Positions 1 through 9,181 of a stretch of 64,000 bases of DNA are shown here, in pieces. Numbering within the stretch: position 1 is the stretch's first letter; each line of letters opens with the position of its first letter. Both the position numbers and the translations under genes were made by a program. This DNA is from Nitrosopumilus sp. (GTDB taxonomy: Archaea; Thermoproteota; Nitrososphaeria; Nitrososphaerales; Nitrosopumilaceae): the NCBI GenBank assembly GCA_965224195.1, contig OZ245040.1, positions 960,001-1,024,000 on the forward strand, written 5' to 3'. The notes below the pieces were generated by a model. That model was not told the DNA's origin. It was given only the letters and a program-made list of their open reading frames with translations, and searched no databases.

Positions 1-954
1 GGCAAAAAAGCATCTTTCGTAAATAATATTATTTTGAATTACACAAATATCTGTATTACTGATTGCAAGTTTTGTGCATTTTATAGATCTCCTGGCGCTG
101 AGGATTCTTACACCTTAACTCTTGATGAAATTGAAACTAGAGTCAAAACATCTTATGACATGTTTAAGATTAGACAGGTTTTGATTCAAGGTGGCCATAA
201 TCCTAATTTAAAAATTGAATATTATGAAGATGCATTTAGAATGATTAGAGAAAAATTCCCCACAGTTGGAGTTCATGGACTATCTACATCTGAAATTGAC
301 ATGATTGCAAGAGTTGAAAAATCCTCAACTAAAGAAATTTTATCTAGATTAAAAGATGCTGGATTACAATCCATTCCTGGGGCTGGTGCTGAAATCTTAA
401 CTGATTCAGTTAAAGAAATTATCAGTCCTAAAAAAATCTCTAGTGCTGATTGGATTAGAATTATGGATGAGGCACATTCTCTTGGTATTCCTGGATCTGC
501 AACAATGATGTATGGTAGTGTAGAGAACAATAATGATATTGTTGAGCACTTTTCTAAAATTGTAAAATTACAAGAAAAAACTAAAGGCTTCATGGCATTC
601 ATTCCATGGAATTTTGAACCAAACAATACCTTGATGCAAGAAGAAGGCATTGTGGATTATGGAACTGGTGGAACCCAGCTACTGAAAATGATTGCAATAT
701 CTAGATTAGTTCTTGATGGACTAATCCCACATATTCAATCTTCATGGCTAACTAATGGAGTTGGTATGGCTCAACTTGCATTACAATATGGTGCTGATGA
801 CTTTGGTGGTACACTCATTGGAGAAGAAGTGGTTTCATGTACTGGTGCATGTTCAACTGAACTAACTGATAAAATAATTATTGATGCTATCCATCAAATT
901 GGCTATCAAGTAGAAGAGCGAGATAATTTCTATAATCCTATTTCTGTATCATAA
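1..954 (+). CDS. mqnC: Radical SAM enzyme, cyclic dehypoxanthine futalosine synthase (MqnC-like); 5' end outside the window
   Basis: Frame open from base 1; NYTNIC-ITDCKFC CxxxCxxC motif; IPGAGAEIL, FIPWNF, QSSW and GADDFGGTL motifs of the CofH/MqnC family; a separate cofH lies at 29 kb; next to ubiD. Confidence 0.8.
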   Translation, partial: GKKASFVNNIILNYTNICITDCKFCAFYRSPGAEDSYTLTLDEIETRVKTSYDMFKIRQVLIQGGHNPNLKIEYYEDAFRMIREKFPTVGVHGLSTSEIDMIARVEKSSTKEILSRLKDAGLQSIPGAGAEILTDSVKEIISPKKISSADWIRIMDEAHSLGIPGSATMMYGSVENNNDIVEHFSKIVKLQEKTKGFMAFIPWNFEPNNTLMQEEGIVDYGTGGTQLLKMIAISRLVLDGLIPHIQSSWLTNGVGMAQLALQYGADDFGGTLIGEEVVSCTGACSTELTDKIIIDAIHQIGYQVEERDNFYNPISVS

Positions 955-2391
955 TCCATAACTGGACCATTTAGAATCTACTAGATCTTTTGTCTTATCA
1001 TCAACTTTGACTAGTTGTTGAATTTCTCTTTCATATCCTTCTTCTTTGGTTTTTTGAGTTGCATCAATTCCCATCTTCGAACCCAGGTTCACTAATGGTG
1101 ATGCTGGATCTAGTGTGTCTGTTGGGGTGTTGTTGATTATTGTAGTGTCTCTTGCTGCATCTGCTCTTATAGTAATTGCCCAAATTACATCATTGATGTC
1201 ATGAACATTGATGTCCTCATCTACAACAACGAACATTTTTGTAAGTGATAACTGTCCCATTCCCCAAAGACCCATCATGACTTTTTTTGCTTGACCTGGA
1301 TACCTTTTTTTAATTGATATGATTGCAAATCCTTGGAACCATCCTGCTGCTGGCATGCTAAAGTCTATTACTTCTGGATGGAACATTTGAATTAGTGGCA
1401 AAAATGAACGCTCAATTACTTTGCCAATGAATGCATCTTCTAGAATTGGCTTTCCGACAACTGTTGTAACGTATATTGGATCTTTCCTTCGCATTATTCC
1501 TGTTAGGGTAAATGTTGGATATGGTTCAACTGGGGTATAGTATCCAGTGTGGTCTCCAAATGGCCCTTCGTCTCTAATGTCTGCTGGATCTACGTATCCT
1601 TCTAAAACAATCTCTGCATTTGCTGGAACATCTAAATCGATTGTTTTGCACTTTACCGTTTTGATTCCTTCTTTTCTTGTAATTCCTGCAAAAAGATACT
1701 TGTCTAACCCTTCTGGAACTGGAGCAATTGATGAAAATATTGTGGCAGGCTCTCCTCCAATGATAATTGCAGTGGGAATTTTCTCTCCTTTCTCTTTTGA
1801 AATATCGCTGTGATGTGCACCTCTTTTGTGTTTTTGCCAGTGCATTAATGCATGTGTTTTATCTACAATTTGCATTCTGTAAACTCCGAGATTTCTAACT
1901 CCTGTTTCTGGATGTTTAGTTGCAACTAGTCCTAAAGTGATGAATCGACCTGCATCATCAGGCCATGATTTTAGAATTGGTATGTCATCAAATGATGCAT
2001 CACTTGATGTAATCTCAGTTACTGGCCCACTTGTTTCTGCTTTAGGAAATGATGCAGTCATTTTGTTAAGTTCTGGAAGTTTTTTAATTTTATTTAGTAA
2101 TCCTGATGGCATGTCCATCTTTGTCATATCTACAATACGTTGACCAATTTCTGTAAAGTCTGTCATTTCTAGTCCAATTTCTAATCTCTTCATAGAACCA
2201 AATGCATTTCCTAAAACTGGAATATTGTATCCTTTTACATTTTCAAAAAGTATTGCTGGACCGTTTGAATACATTTCACGTCTCATGATTTCAGCAATTT
2301 CTAAATCTGAATCAACTTCTGTTTTGACTCTCTTTAGTTCTCCATGCTTTTCAAGTTCTACGATGAAATCTCTAATATCTTCTATTCCCAC
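949..2391 (-). CDS. ubiD: UbiD-family prFMN-dependent decarboxylase (likely menaquinone pathway)
   Basis: NLGVYRMQ, EGPFGDHTGYY, VVVDEDINVHD and LDPAS..GSKMGIDAT motifs. Confidence 0.9.
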   Translation of the reverse strand: MGIEDIRDFIVELEKHGELKRVKTEVDSDLEIAEIMRREMYSNGPAILFENVKGYNIPVLGNAFGSMKRLEIGLEMTDFTEIGQRIVDMTKMDMPSGLLNKIKKLPELNKMTASFPKAETSGPVTEITSSDASFDDIPILKSWPDDAGRFITLGLVATKHPETGVRNLGVYRMQIVDKTHALMHWQKHKRGAHHSDISKEKGEKIPTAIIIGGEPATIFSSIAPVPEGLDKYLFAGITRKEGIKTVKCKTIDLDVPANAEIVLEGYVDPADIRDEGPFGDHTGYYTPVEPYPTFTLTGIMRRKDPIYVTTVVGKPILEDAFIGKVIERSFLPLIQMFHPEVIDFSMPAAGWFQGFAIISIKKRYPGQAKKVMMGLWGMGQLSLTKMFVVVDEDINVHDINDVIWAITIRADAARDTTIINNTPTDTLDPASPLVNLGSKMGIDATQKTKEEGYEREIQQLVKVDDKTKDLVDSKWSSYGL

Positions 2392-2431
2392 ATTGATTCT
2401 CTAGTCAGATCAAGTATAAGCTTAACTGGTT

Positions 2432-2830
2432 TTACATTGGCGGAAGTTCTGTTTTTCTATCATGTCCACCAGAACCAAATTTACAATAAAAACACAATTC
2501 TGATTCCATATACTTTAATTGCTCAACTTGAATTGCTCCTAATTTTAGTGCAATTTTTGTTAGAATTTTATATTTTAATGGCATTGCGGGAATTACTTCA
2601 TCCATGTATACTCTGTAATGATCTGGACAGAACTTTAGAGTGACTTTTGATGGCTCTTTGCCTTTTTCATTAACTTGCTTTGTAAAGTTGATCTGTTCTC
2701 TAATGTATTCATGCTTTGGACATGGACAGTCTTTTCCTCCTGGATGTTTGTAGGCTGGAGTATTCTTCCAATCAAAATCTGGAAATTCTTTTTCAAAGTC
2801 ATCCATGCCATCAAATATCCAAATTAGCAT
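2432..2830 (-). CDS. Hypothetical protein with Cys/His motifs
   Basis: 132-aa ORF; CPCPKH, FCPDH and CFYC motifs; divergent from the repeat-protein gene. Confidence 0.65.
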   Translation of the reverse strand: MLIWIFDGMDDFEKEFPDFDWKNTPAYKHPGGKDCPCPKHEYIREQINFTKQVNEKGKEPSKVTLKFCPDHYRVYMDEVIPAMPLKYKILTKIALKLGAIQVEQLKYMESELCFYCKFGSGGHDRKTELPPM

Positions 2831-2902
2831 ATAAAACTTGATTAAAATTAGTTGGCGTAATCAACCCAAATGTACATAAACCCCAGATTGGTCATCAAAA
2901 TT

Positions 2903-3592
2903 ATGGCAGCTGCTAAAAAGCAAACAAAACAAGATCTTGAAAACAAGATTGCCGAATTAGAAGCAAAGCTAAACAAACTTTCTACTCAGCTAGAATCTAA
3001 ACCAGCTGAAGTAAAGCCAGCAGAAACTAAACCTGCTGAGGTAAAACCAGCTGAGACCAAACCAAAAGGTACACTACCTAAAGGTACGGATACAAAACCA
3101 GCTGAAGTAAAGCCAGCTGAGAGACCTGCAGCAACTACCAAACCAAAAGGTACACTACCTAAAGGAACGGAAGAAAAACCAGCAGAAGCTCCAAAACCAG
3201 CTGAAACTACATCACAACCTCCAGCAACTGTACAAGACGCATTAGAGAATGCATACATGACTGCTCCTATGACATCATTCCATGATTATAGAGCAAAAGT
3301 CACAGGCTATTCTCCAGCTCCTAACAGATACTTTGTCAGACTAACTGCTCCTGTAGGTAAAGTCCCAACCAAAAATTGGAATGATCAAAAAGCAGTAGTA
3401 ACAGGTTACACTGCACCATCAAACCAATACTTTGCAACAAGAGCAAGAATGGCATACCATCCTGCTGATAAAACATTTGGAAGTTTTAGTGGAATCAATA
3501 TGTCAGTTGAAGGCGTTGATGCACCAGCACAACAAACTCCAACTCCAGAACCACCAAAGCCTGCAAAAGGTACACTACCAAAAGGTTTCTAA
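2903..3592 (+). CDS. Low-complexity Pro/Ala/Lys/Glu-rich protein with N-terminal coiled coil and KGTLPKG repeats (copy 1)
   Basis: ATG at 2903; LENKIAELEAKLNKL heptads; KPAE repeats; 3x KGTLPKG; ends KGTLPKGF. Confidence 0.8.
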   Translation: MAAAKKQTKQDLENKIAELEAKLNKLSTQLESKPAEVKPAETKPAEVKPAETKPKGTLPKGTDTKPAEVKPAERPAATTKPKGTLPKGTEEKPAEAPKPAETTSQPPATVQDALENAYMTAPMTSFHDYRAKVTGYSPAPNRYFVRLTAPVGKVPTKNWNDQKAVVTGYTAPSNQYFATRARMAYHPADKTFGSFSGINMSVEGVDAPAQQTPTPEPPKPAKGTLPKGF

Positions 3593-4595
3593 TTCAATTA
3601 CGCCCTTTATTTTATATTTTTAAAAGTAATATTCATCTCTGATCATATTCTATATCATACATGGCTCCAAAAATCAAATGTCCTAACTGTCAACAAAATG
3701 AATGGCTTGAAAACAATGAACTAAGCTATCTCCCAACAGTTATGAAAATGGATGATGGAACTTATGCTGCAGATCCTAATAATGGAATTCACGTTAGATT
3801 GTGGCGTTGTAACAATTGCATGTATATGCTGCAATTTTGGGAACCTGATTAATAACAAACTAATGTAATTTTTACAAAATATTGTCGAATTTTACTAATT
3901 AATTTGAACAAAGATTTTGGATGATCAAAATGTAAATAAACAATGCAATGTTTACTGTAAGGAATGGCAGCAAAAAGCAAAGCAAGTACAAAAAAGGATC
4001 TAGAATCCAAAATTGCTGAACTAGAGGCAAAATTAACAAAATTAGCAACACAGCTTGAATCTAAACCAGCTAAAGTAAAGCCAGCAGAAACTAAACCTGC
4101 TGAGGTAAAACCAGCTGAAGTAAAGCCAGCTGAGAGACCTGCAGCAACTACCAAGCCAAAAGGTACACTACCTAAAGGAACGGAAGAAAAACCAGCAGAA
4201 GCTCCAAAATCAGCTGAAACTACATCACAACCTCCAGCAACTGTACAAGACGCATTAGAGAATGCATACATGACTGCTCCTATGACATCATTCCATGATT
4301 ATAGAGCAAAAGTCACAGGCTATTCTCCAGCTCCTAACAGATACTTTGTCAGACTAACTGCTCCTGTAGGTAAAGTCCCAACCAAAAATTGGAATGATCA
4401 AAAAGCAGTAGTAACAGGTTACACTGCACCATCAAACCAATACTTTGCAACAAGAGCAAGAATGGCATACCATTCTGCTGATAAAACATTTGGAAGTTTT
4501 AGTGGAATCAATATGTCAGTTGAAGGCGTTGATGCACCAGCACAACAAACTCCAACTCCAGAACCACCAAAGCCTGCAAAAGGTACACTACCAAA
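3094..4595 (+). repeat. Direct repeat of about 490 bp (3094-3582 and 4107-4595) shared by the two paralogues
   Basis: Aligned by eye; about 3 mismatches. Confidence 0.9.
3661..3852 (+). CDS. Small zinc-ribbon protein
   Basis: CPNC ... CNNC; 63 aa. Confidence 0.75.
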   Translation: MAPKIKCPNCQQNEWLENNELSYLPTVMKMDDGTYAADPNNGIHVRLWRCNNCMYMLQFWEPD

Positions 4596-4875
4596 GGGTA
4601 TGGGGAAAACATCACCACAACAACAATCAACAAATGTTGCTGATGATGGAAAGTCTAGAGGAGATAAACTTGCAGACTATGAAGCAGATTACTTGCAAAG
4701 ACTTGAACAACAAAGAATAGATGAAGAAAAAGCCTTTGATGAATTACTAGAAGCAGAATCTAAAGCACGCTCTACCGCTAGTAGAGGCACTTTACCAAAA
4801 GGTTTTGAACCAAAACCAGAAGCAGAACCTGAAGCACCAAAAGCATCTAAAGGTACACTACCAAAAGGTTTCTAA
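3964..4875 (+). CDS. Low-complexity KGTLPKG-repeat protein (copy 2) with an extra acidic helical segment
   Basis: Paralogue of 2903-3592; 4x (K/R)GTLPKG; ends KGTLPKGF. Confidence 0.8.
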   Translation: MAAKSKASTKKDLESKIAELEAKLTKLATQLESKPAKVKPAETKPAEVKPAEVKPAERPAATTKPKGTLPKGTEEKPAEAPKSAETTSQPPATVQDALENAYMTAPMTSFHDYRAKVTGYSPAPNRYFVRLTAPVGKVPTKNWNDQKAVVTGYTAPSNQYFATRARMAYHSADKTFGSFSGINMSVEGVDAPAQQTPTPEPPKPAKGTLPKGMGKTSPQQQSTNVADDGKSRGDKLADYEADYLQRLEQQRIDEEKAFDELLEAESKARSTASRGTLPKGFEPKPEAEPEAPKASKGTLPKGF

Positions 4876-4905
4876 TCTATCTACAATCTTTTCTTTTACT
4901 TATTT

Positions 4906-5370
4906 TTATTTTAAATTTAGAAAATCTTCTAAAACATCTTTAGAATGTCCTGCAGGTTTTACCTTGGGATATATTTTAAAAATTTTTCCCTTTTCATTTA
5001 CAAGAAATGTGCTTCTCATAACACCCATGTATTCACGTCCCATGAATTTCTTCTTCCCCCAAACACCAAATGAATTTGAGACTTCTTTGTCGACATCTGC
5101 TAATAGTGGATATTTGATTTTCATTTTATCACAGAATTTTTTGTGAGAGTCTACATCGTCTGGACTGACTCCGATGATTTCTATTCCTTCTTTTTGGAAT
5201 TTTTTATAATCTTTAGAAAACTCATCAGCTTCTGTAGTGCACCCTGGAGTGAAATCCTTTGGGTAAAAGTAGATGACATGTTTTTTGCCGTTAAAATCAC
5301 TAGACTTTACTTTGTTACCATTTGCATCATTTACTGCAAATTTTGGAACAGAATCGCCTTCAGAAACCAT
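4906..5370 (-). CDS. bcp: Peroxiredoxin, BCP type
   Basis: YFYPKDFTPGCTTEA motif; likely start MVSEGD at 5370. Confidence 0.92.
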   Translation of the reverse strand: MVSEGDSVPKFAVNDANGNKVKSSDFNGKKHVIYFYPKDFTPGCTTEADEFSKDYKKFQKEGIEIIGVSPDDVDSHKKFCDKMKIKYPLLADVDKEVSNSFGVWGKKKFMGREYMGVMRSTFLVNEKGKIFKIYPKVKPAGHSKDVLEDFLNLK

Positions 5371-5473
5371 GTATTCTAAAATGGATTTATCCATAATTAA
5401 TTACTTTTTGAGATCAATAGATCCAAATTCAAGGTCGAATCTTTTATATGGATATACGCGAGGCTTTAGCTTA

Positions 5474-6178
5474 ATGGTTAATCCAAGAGCATATCTTGCA
5501 GAAGCAATTGCAACTTATGGTTTAGTATTCTTTGGTCCTCTTTCAGTAATTCTAGCAGTTTCTGCATTTGGAGAAGAACTAACAACACAATCCGTATTGT
5601 TCATTTCTCTTGGACACGGTGGTGCCATTGCTTTGATGGTTTATGCATTCGGACATGTTTCTGGTGCTCACATTAATCCAGCAGTTACAATTCCTATGAT
5701 AATCACAAAAAAGATTGGAATTGTCGATGGAGTTGGGTATATTATTTCACAATTAATCGGTGCAGTAGCCGCAGCTGCAACACTTGCAGCAATATTGCCT
5801 GAGCTTGGCGCCAAAGTTAACTTTGCAACTCAAGGCGGTCCAAGTGACTTAATCAACAATAGTATTGGTTCTGGATTTGCAATTGAGGCAATCTTGACAT
5901 TCTTTCTAGTCACTGTAATCTTTATGGTCGCTGTTCACAAAAAAGCAACTCCTGGAATTCAAGGACTTGCAATTGGTGGAATGGTTTTCCTAATTCACTT
6001 AGTTGCAGTACCTTTAACAGGTGCATCAGTAAATCCTGCAAGAACATTTGGCCCTGCTTTAATTTCTGGATTCTGGGAATTCCATTGGTTATACTGGGCA
6101 GCCCCAATCTTGGGTGGAATTATAGCTGGTTTGATAATGAATTATGTTTATACCAAGCCTGCAGAAAAAGAAGCATAA
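5474..6178 (+). CDS. Aquaporin (MIP family)
   Basis: SGAHINPAVT and GASVNPARTFGP NPA boxes; likely start MVNPRAY at 5474. Confidence 0.93.
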   Translation: MVNPRAYLAEAIATYGLVFFGPLSVILAVSAFGEELTTQSVLFISLGHGGAIALMVYAFGHVSGAHINPAVTIPMIITKKIGIVDGVGYIISQLIGAVAAAATLAAILPELGAKVNFATQGGPSDLINNSIGSGFAIEAILTFFLVTVIFMVAVHKKATPGIQGLAIGGMVFLIHLVAVPLTGASVNPARTFGPALISGFWEFHWLYWAAPILGGIIAGLIMNYVYTKPAEKEA

Positions 6179-6217
6179 TCCTAACGTTTTTAAAAATTTG
6201 AACTTTTAATTTTTCAT

Positions 6218-6655
6218 ATGACATCTTCTGATTCTATTTCTCAAATGTTTGATTCTGAATCTCAAAAACTCCAAAATCTCATTGATACTGCAAATTTAAA
6301 AACTGATATGAATATTCATGAAATTGTAGAGACGTACTACCAAGTCATGAATGTCTCATCTATGGCTACAATGCTTAAACAACAGGCTGATTCTGAGCCT
6401 AATTCTTTGTTGTCAAAAATACAAGAAACTGAGAAAATGATTTCTGACAAATTTGATTCTATAATACATCCAAAAATTTTGGCAAAAATATCTCTAGTAA
6501 TCCAAGAAATGACAAAAAATTTACAATCCGGAAATTCTGGAGAAAAATCAAAAGAACAAACAGAATCTGATGCAAAATTGTTTGAGGAATTACGTCAAAC
6601 TATGAGTACCAAAGAATTTGTTGAACAATATGAGAATGAAATTTCTCATGATTGA
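6218..6655 (+). CDS. Hypothetical helical protein
   Basis: 145-aa ORF overlapping the next gene. Confidence 0.6.
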   Translation: MTSSDSISQMFDSESQKLQNLIDTANLKTDMNIHEIVETYYQVMNVSSMATMLKQQADSEPNSLLSKIQETEKMISDKFDSIIHPKILAKISLVIQEMTKNLQSGNSGEKSKEQTESDAKLFEELRQTMSTKEFVEQYENEISHD

Positions 6656-7469
6656 AGAACTTGCAGAAAACTTAGTTGAACTCAAAAAAGAATTTGTTAG
6701 AATCTATGATGGTAAAAGTCAGATACAAGAAGTAATTCCAAAATCAAAATCAGAACTATTTCCAATTGAAGAAGCTCATTTAGATTTGTTACACCAATTT
6801 GCAACAAAGAATCCCATCTATTACAATTCTTTTGAAAAAAAAATTGGTTCAGTTGATTGTATCGTATATGAGGGAGACATTAACAAATATTGGCTAAACA
6901 GTATTCAGCACGGTTCAAGTAAAGCTCCGTTTTCTCCTACTTGGATATTATCTGGATATATTGGAGCAATGTTTGCAAAGGAATTGGGATACTTGCAAGT
7001 AATTGATATTGGTTCAGGTGATGGACGAATTGCATATTGTGCAAAAATTCTTGATTTGGAATCATACAGTATTGAAATTGATGATATGTTAGTTGATTTG
7101 CAAAATCTCCTAACTTCCATACTGAACTTTCATCCTTACTGTGCAGATGCTATTTCTTTTAATTATTCTTCTCTGAATCTTTTGCAACCTATCTTTTTCA
7201 TTGGAGGATTAGCACAAATGGGTGGAATTTTTCTTGCAACTGGAGTGTTAGATAAAATCAATTCGATATCTAATTTGAAACAGAATTCTGGATGGGTGTT
7301 TGCAGGAACTCTATCTCAAAAATATACGCCTGATCCTAAAAATGAGGCTGGATGGGGTACATTCATTGAAAAAAATAATCTAAAATCAATTCAAAATATT
7401 TCATTACCTGCTGCTTGGACTATTCATGAATCTGATGATGTACAATACATTTTTGCAGAATCTAACTAA
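6648..7469 (+). CDS. Putative class I SAM-dependent methyltransferase-like protein
   Basis: VIDIGSGDGRIA motif I followed by YSIEID. Confidence 0.65.
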   Translation: MIEELAENLVELKKEFVRIYDGKSQIQEVIPKSKSELFPIEEAHLDLLHQFATKNPIYYNSFEKKIGSVDCIVYEGDINKYWLNSIQHGSSKAPFSPTWILSGYIGAMFAKELGYLQVIDIGSGDGRIAYCAKILDLESYSIEIDDMLVDLQNLLTSILNFHPYCADAISFNYSSLNLLQPIFFIGGLAQMGGIFLATGVLDKINSISNLKQNSGWVFAGTLSQKYTPDPKNEAGWGTFIEKNNLKSIQNISLPAAWTIHESDDVQYIFAESN

Positions 7470-7507
7470 TAGCAATCCAAATTAAGCCTAAATTTCCAAA
7501 ACTTTTT

Positions 7508-7582
7508 GGACTCGTTGCATAGCTTGGATAGTGCGATTGCTTGCGGAGCAATAGGTCGTCGGTTCGAATCCGATCGGGTCCG
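7508..7582 (+). tRNA. tRNA-Arg(GCG)
   Basis: Acceptor stem GGACTCG/CGGGTCC; anticodon arm ATTGC-TTGCGGA-GCAAT; GGTTCGAATCC T arm. Confidence 0.95.
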
Positions 7583-7792
7583 TTCTCTTGTCTTGATTAT
7601 AATTTTAAACAATTCAAATTACAATACTAATTGGAAAAATTATGGGTGTGGAACTTGAGCTTGAATCTGGCACCATTATAGACGCACAATTTCAATAATT
7701 TTAGGATTTTTTAGAAACAACTTGTAGGCCTACTCTTTCGTAATATCTTGTGACAGGCATGATCTTAAATTGAATTTTGTGCTAAAGAATCC

Positions 7793-7942
7793 ATGATGAT
7801 AGGTGTCACAAAATTAAGAACACCTCAACAAGTATCAAAAAAGATGATAAATGAAGAGAGAACGATTATGGATTTAGAGCTGGCAATTAAAAAAGAACAG
7901 TTCAGAAATACCCTGATAGAGAAATATGATTTTGATGAATGA
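7793..7942 (+). CDS. Possible 49-aa protein (MMIGVTKLRTPQ...EKYDFDE)
   Basis: Translated by hand; no family recognised. Confidence 0.3.
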   Translation: MMIGVTKLRTPQQVSKKMINEERTIMDLELAIKKEQFRNTLIEKYDFDE

Positions 7943-8068
7943 TATACAAAAGTTACAGACACGGCATCACATGAACTTGATATGTATGCTGTATGCTGGT
8001 GTACAGAATAATCTTGATAATTCCAAATTAATTAAAACTTTATTCTACTAGTCGGGTCAATAAGTTTT

Positions 8069-8752
8069 ATGATCAAAGAAAGTCCAAAAGACCTTGTTCC
8101 GATGTTTTTTAATGATACTTTTAATTCATATGATAAAATCGTAAATTATACTACTTTTGGAAAAGATAGTTTTTGGAAACATAAAATTCTAGAACAGTTA
8201 TCTACTGAAAAAACTGTATTGGATCTTGCTTGTGGTACTGGTATTCTTACAAAACAAATTGCAGAAAAACTCCCTCATGCAGAAATTACAGGTGTGGATG
8301 TTACCAAAAGCTATCTTGAAAAAGCAAAAGAAAAACTAATTTCATTTCAAAAAATTTCTTTTGTAAATCAAGATGCTGAAAAGCTTAATCTAGGAAAAAA
8401 ATTTGACTGTATTACTGCATCATACTTGCCAAAATATTGTATGTCTGATGTTCTAGTCAAAAATTGCATAAAGCATCTTAATGATGGTGGAAAAATAGTT
8501 TTACATGATTTTACATACCCAAAAAATAAATTAATTCAAAAACTATGGAATTTTTATTTCAAAGTGCTTAATTTCGTAGGATTCTTTATTCCTAATTGGA
8601 AACAAGTTTTCCTTGATTTACCTAATCTAATAAGAACCACAAATTGGGTAGAAGATTATAAAGAGACTATGAAAAACTATGGCCTAAAAATACATGCACA
8701 AGATTTGACATGGGGCTCTTCAACTATTATTGTTGGAACCAAGATTAACTAA
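8069..8752 (+). CDS. UbiE/MenG-like SAM-dependent methyltransferase
   Basis: YDKIVNYTTFGKDSFWK and VLDLACGTG motifs. Confidence 0.8.
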   Translation: MIKESPKDLVPMFFNDTFNSYDKIVNYTTFGKDSFWKHKILEQLSTEKTVLDLACGTGILTKQIAEKLPHAEITGVDVTKSYLEKAKEKLISFQKISFVNQDAEKLNLGKKFDCITASYLPKYCMSDVLVKNCIKHLNDGGKIVLHDFTYPKNKLIQKLWNFYFKVLNFVGFFIPNWKQVFLDLPNLIRTTNWVEDYKETMKNYGLKIHAQDLTWGSSTIIVGTKIN

Positions 8753-9157
8753 TCTTATTTCTTCTATTATGGTGAACCAAATTATCCCATTGTGAATAAT
8801 TTCATACTCTCTTGTTACTTTGTTCTCATCCTGATTGCGATTCAAGGAAATTATCTTTCTAGTAGCGTTGATCTTATTTGCATTAAGAATATCTCCAACA
8901 CCTTGTTTTTTCTTTAAAAGATCAGCCAGAATTAATTCTGGTAAACCAGTAGAGTCAAATTTCACGTTAGCTTTTATCACTGGAAATCCTTGTGCAGTAA
9001 TTGAGACCTTTCTCACAAATTGATTGGAAGTTACGGCATTCTGTTCAATTACTTCAAGTTTAATATTATCATCTAAATTATCTCTAAGAACAGTAATTAC
9101 CTTACCTACTGGAGCATCTAATATTTTATCTAACAAATCTTCAGAAAATTTATTCAT
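8720..9157 (-). CDS. Chorismate-lyase (UbiC/DUF98)-like fold protein
   Basis: LEVIEQ..FVRKV, GVGDIL..NKI and TREYEI....IIEE pattern resembles UbiC/DUF98. Confidence 0.5.
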   Translation of the reverse strand: MNKFSEDLLDKILDAPVGKVITVLRDNLDDNIKLEVIEQNAVTSNQFVRKVSITAQGFPVIKANVKFDSTGLPELILADLLKKKQGVGDILNANKINATRKIISLNRNQDENKVTREYEIIHNGIIWFTIIEEIRLVNLGSNNNS

Positions 9158-9181
9158 ACTATTTTATCTTGTTTTAATGAA

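Noticed and set aside
3094-4595. Direct repeat as a diversity-generating retroelement TR/VR pair
   Set aside because: Only about 3 mismatches, mostly C/T rather than adenine-specific; both copies are coding; no reverse transcriptase in the window.
2986-4720. Antisense and alternative-frame ORFs over the repeat genes (2986-3258, 3849-4271, 3432-3623, 4445-4720)
   Set aside because: Explained by biased codon use in the real genes; duplicated only because the DNA is duplicated.
2903-4875. A 'trans-sialidase' style label for the KPAE-repeat proteins
   Set aside because: Any similarity would come from low-complexity repeats; no sialidase propeller, Asp-boxes or signal peptide.
7590-8060. Integrated element or C/D sRNA after tRNA-Arg (TTGTGACA/TGTCACAA inverted repeat, ATGATGA)
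   Set aside because: No integrase, no duplicated tRNA 3' end found, and no D box at a suitable distance.
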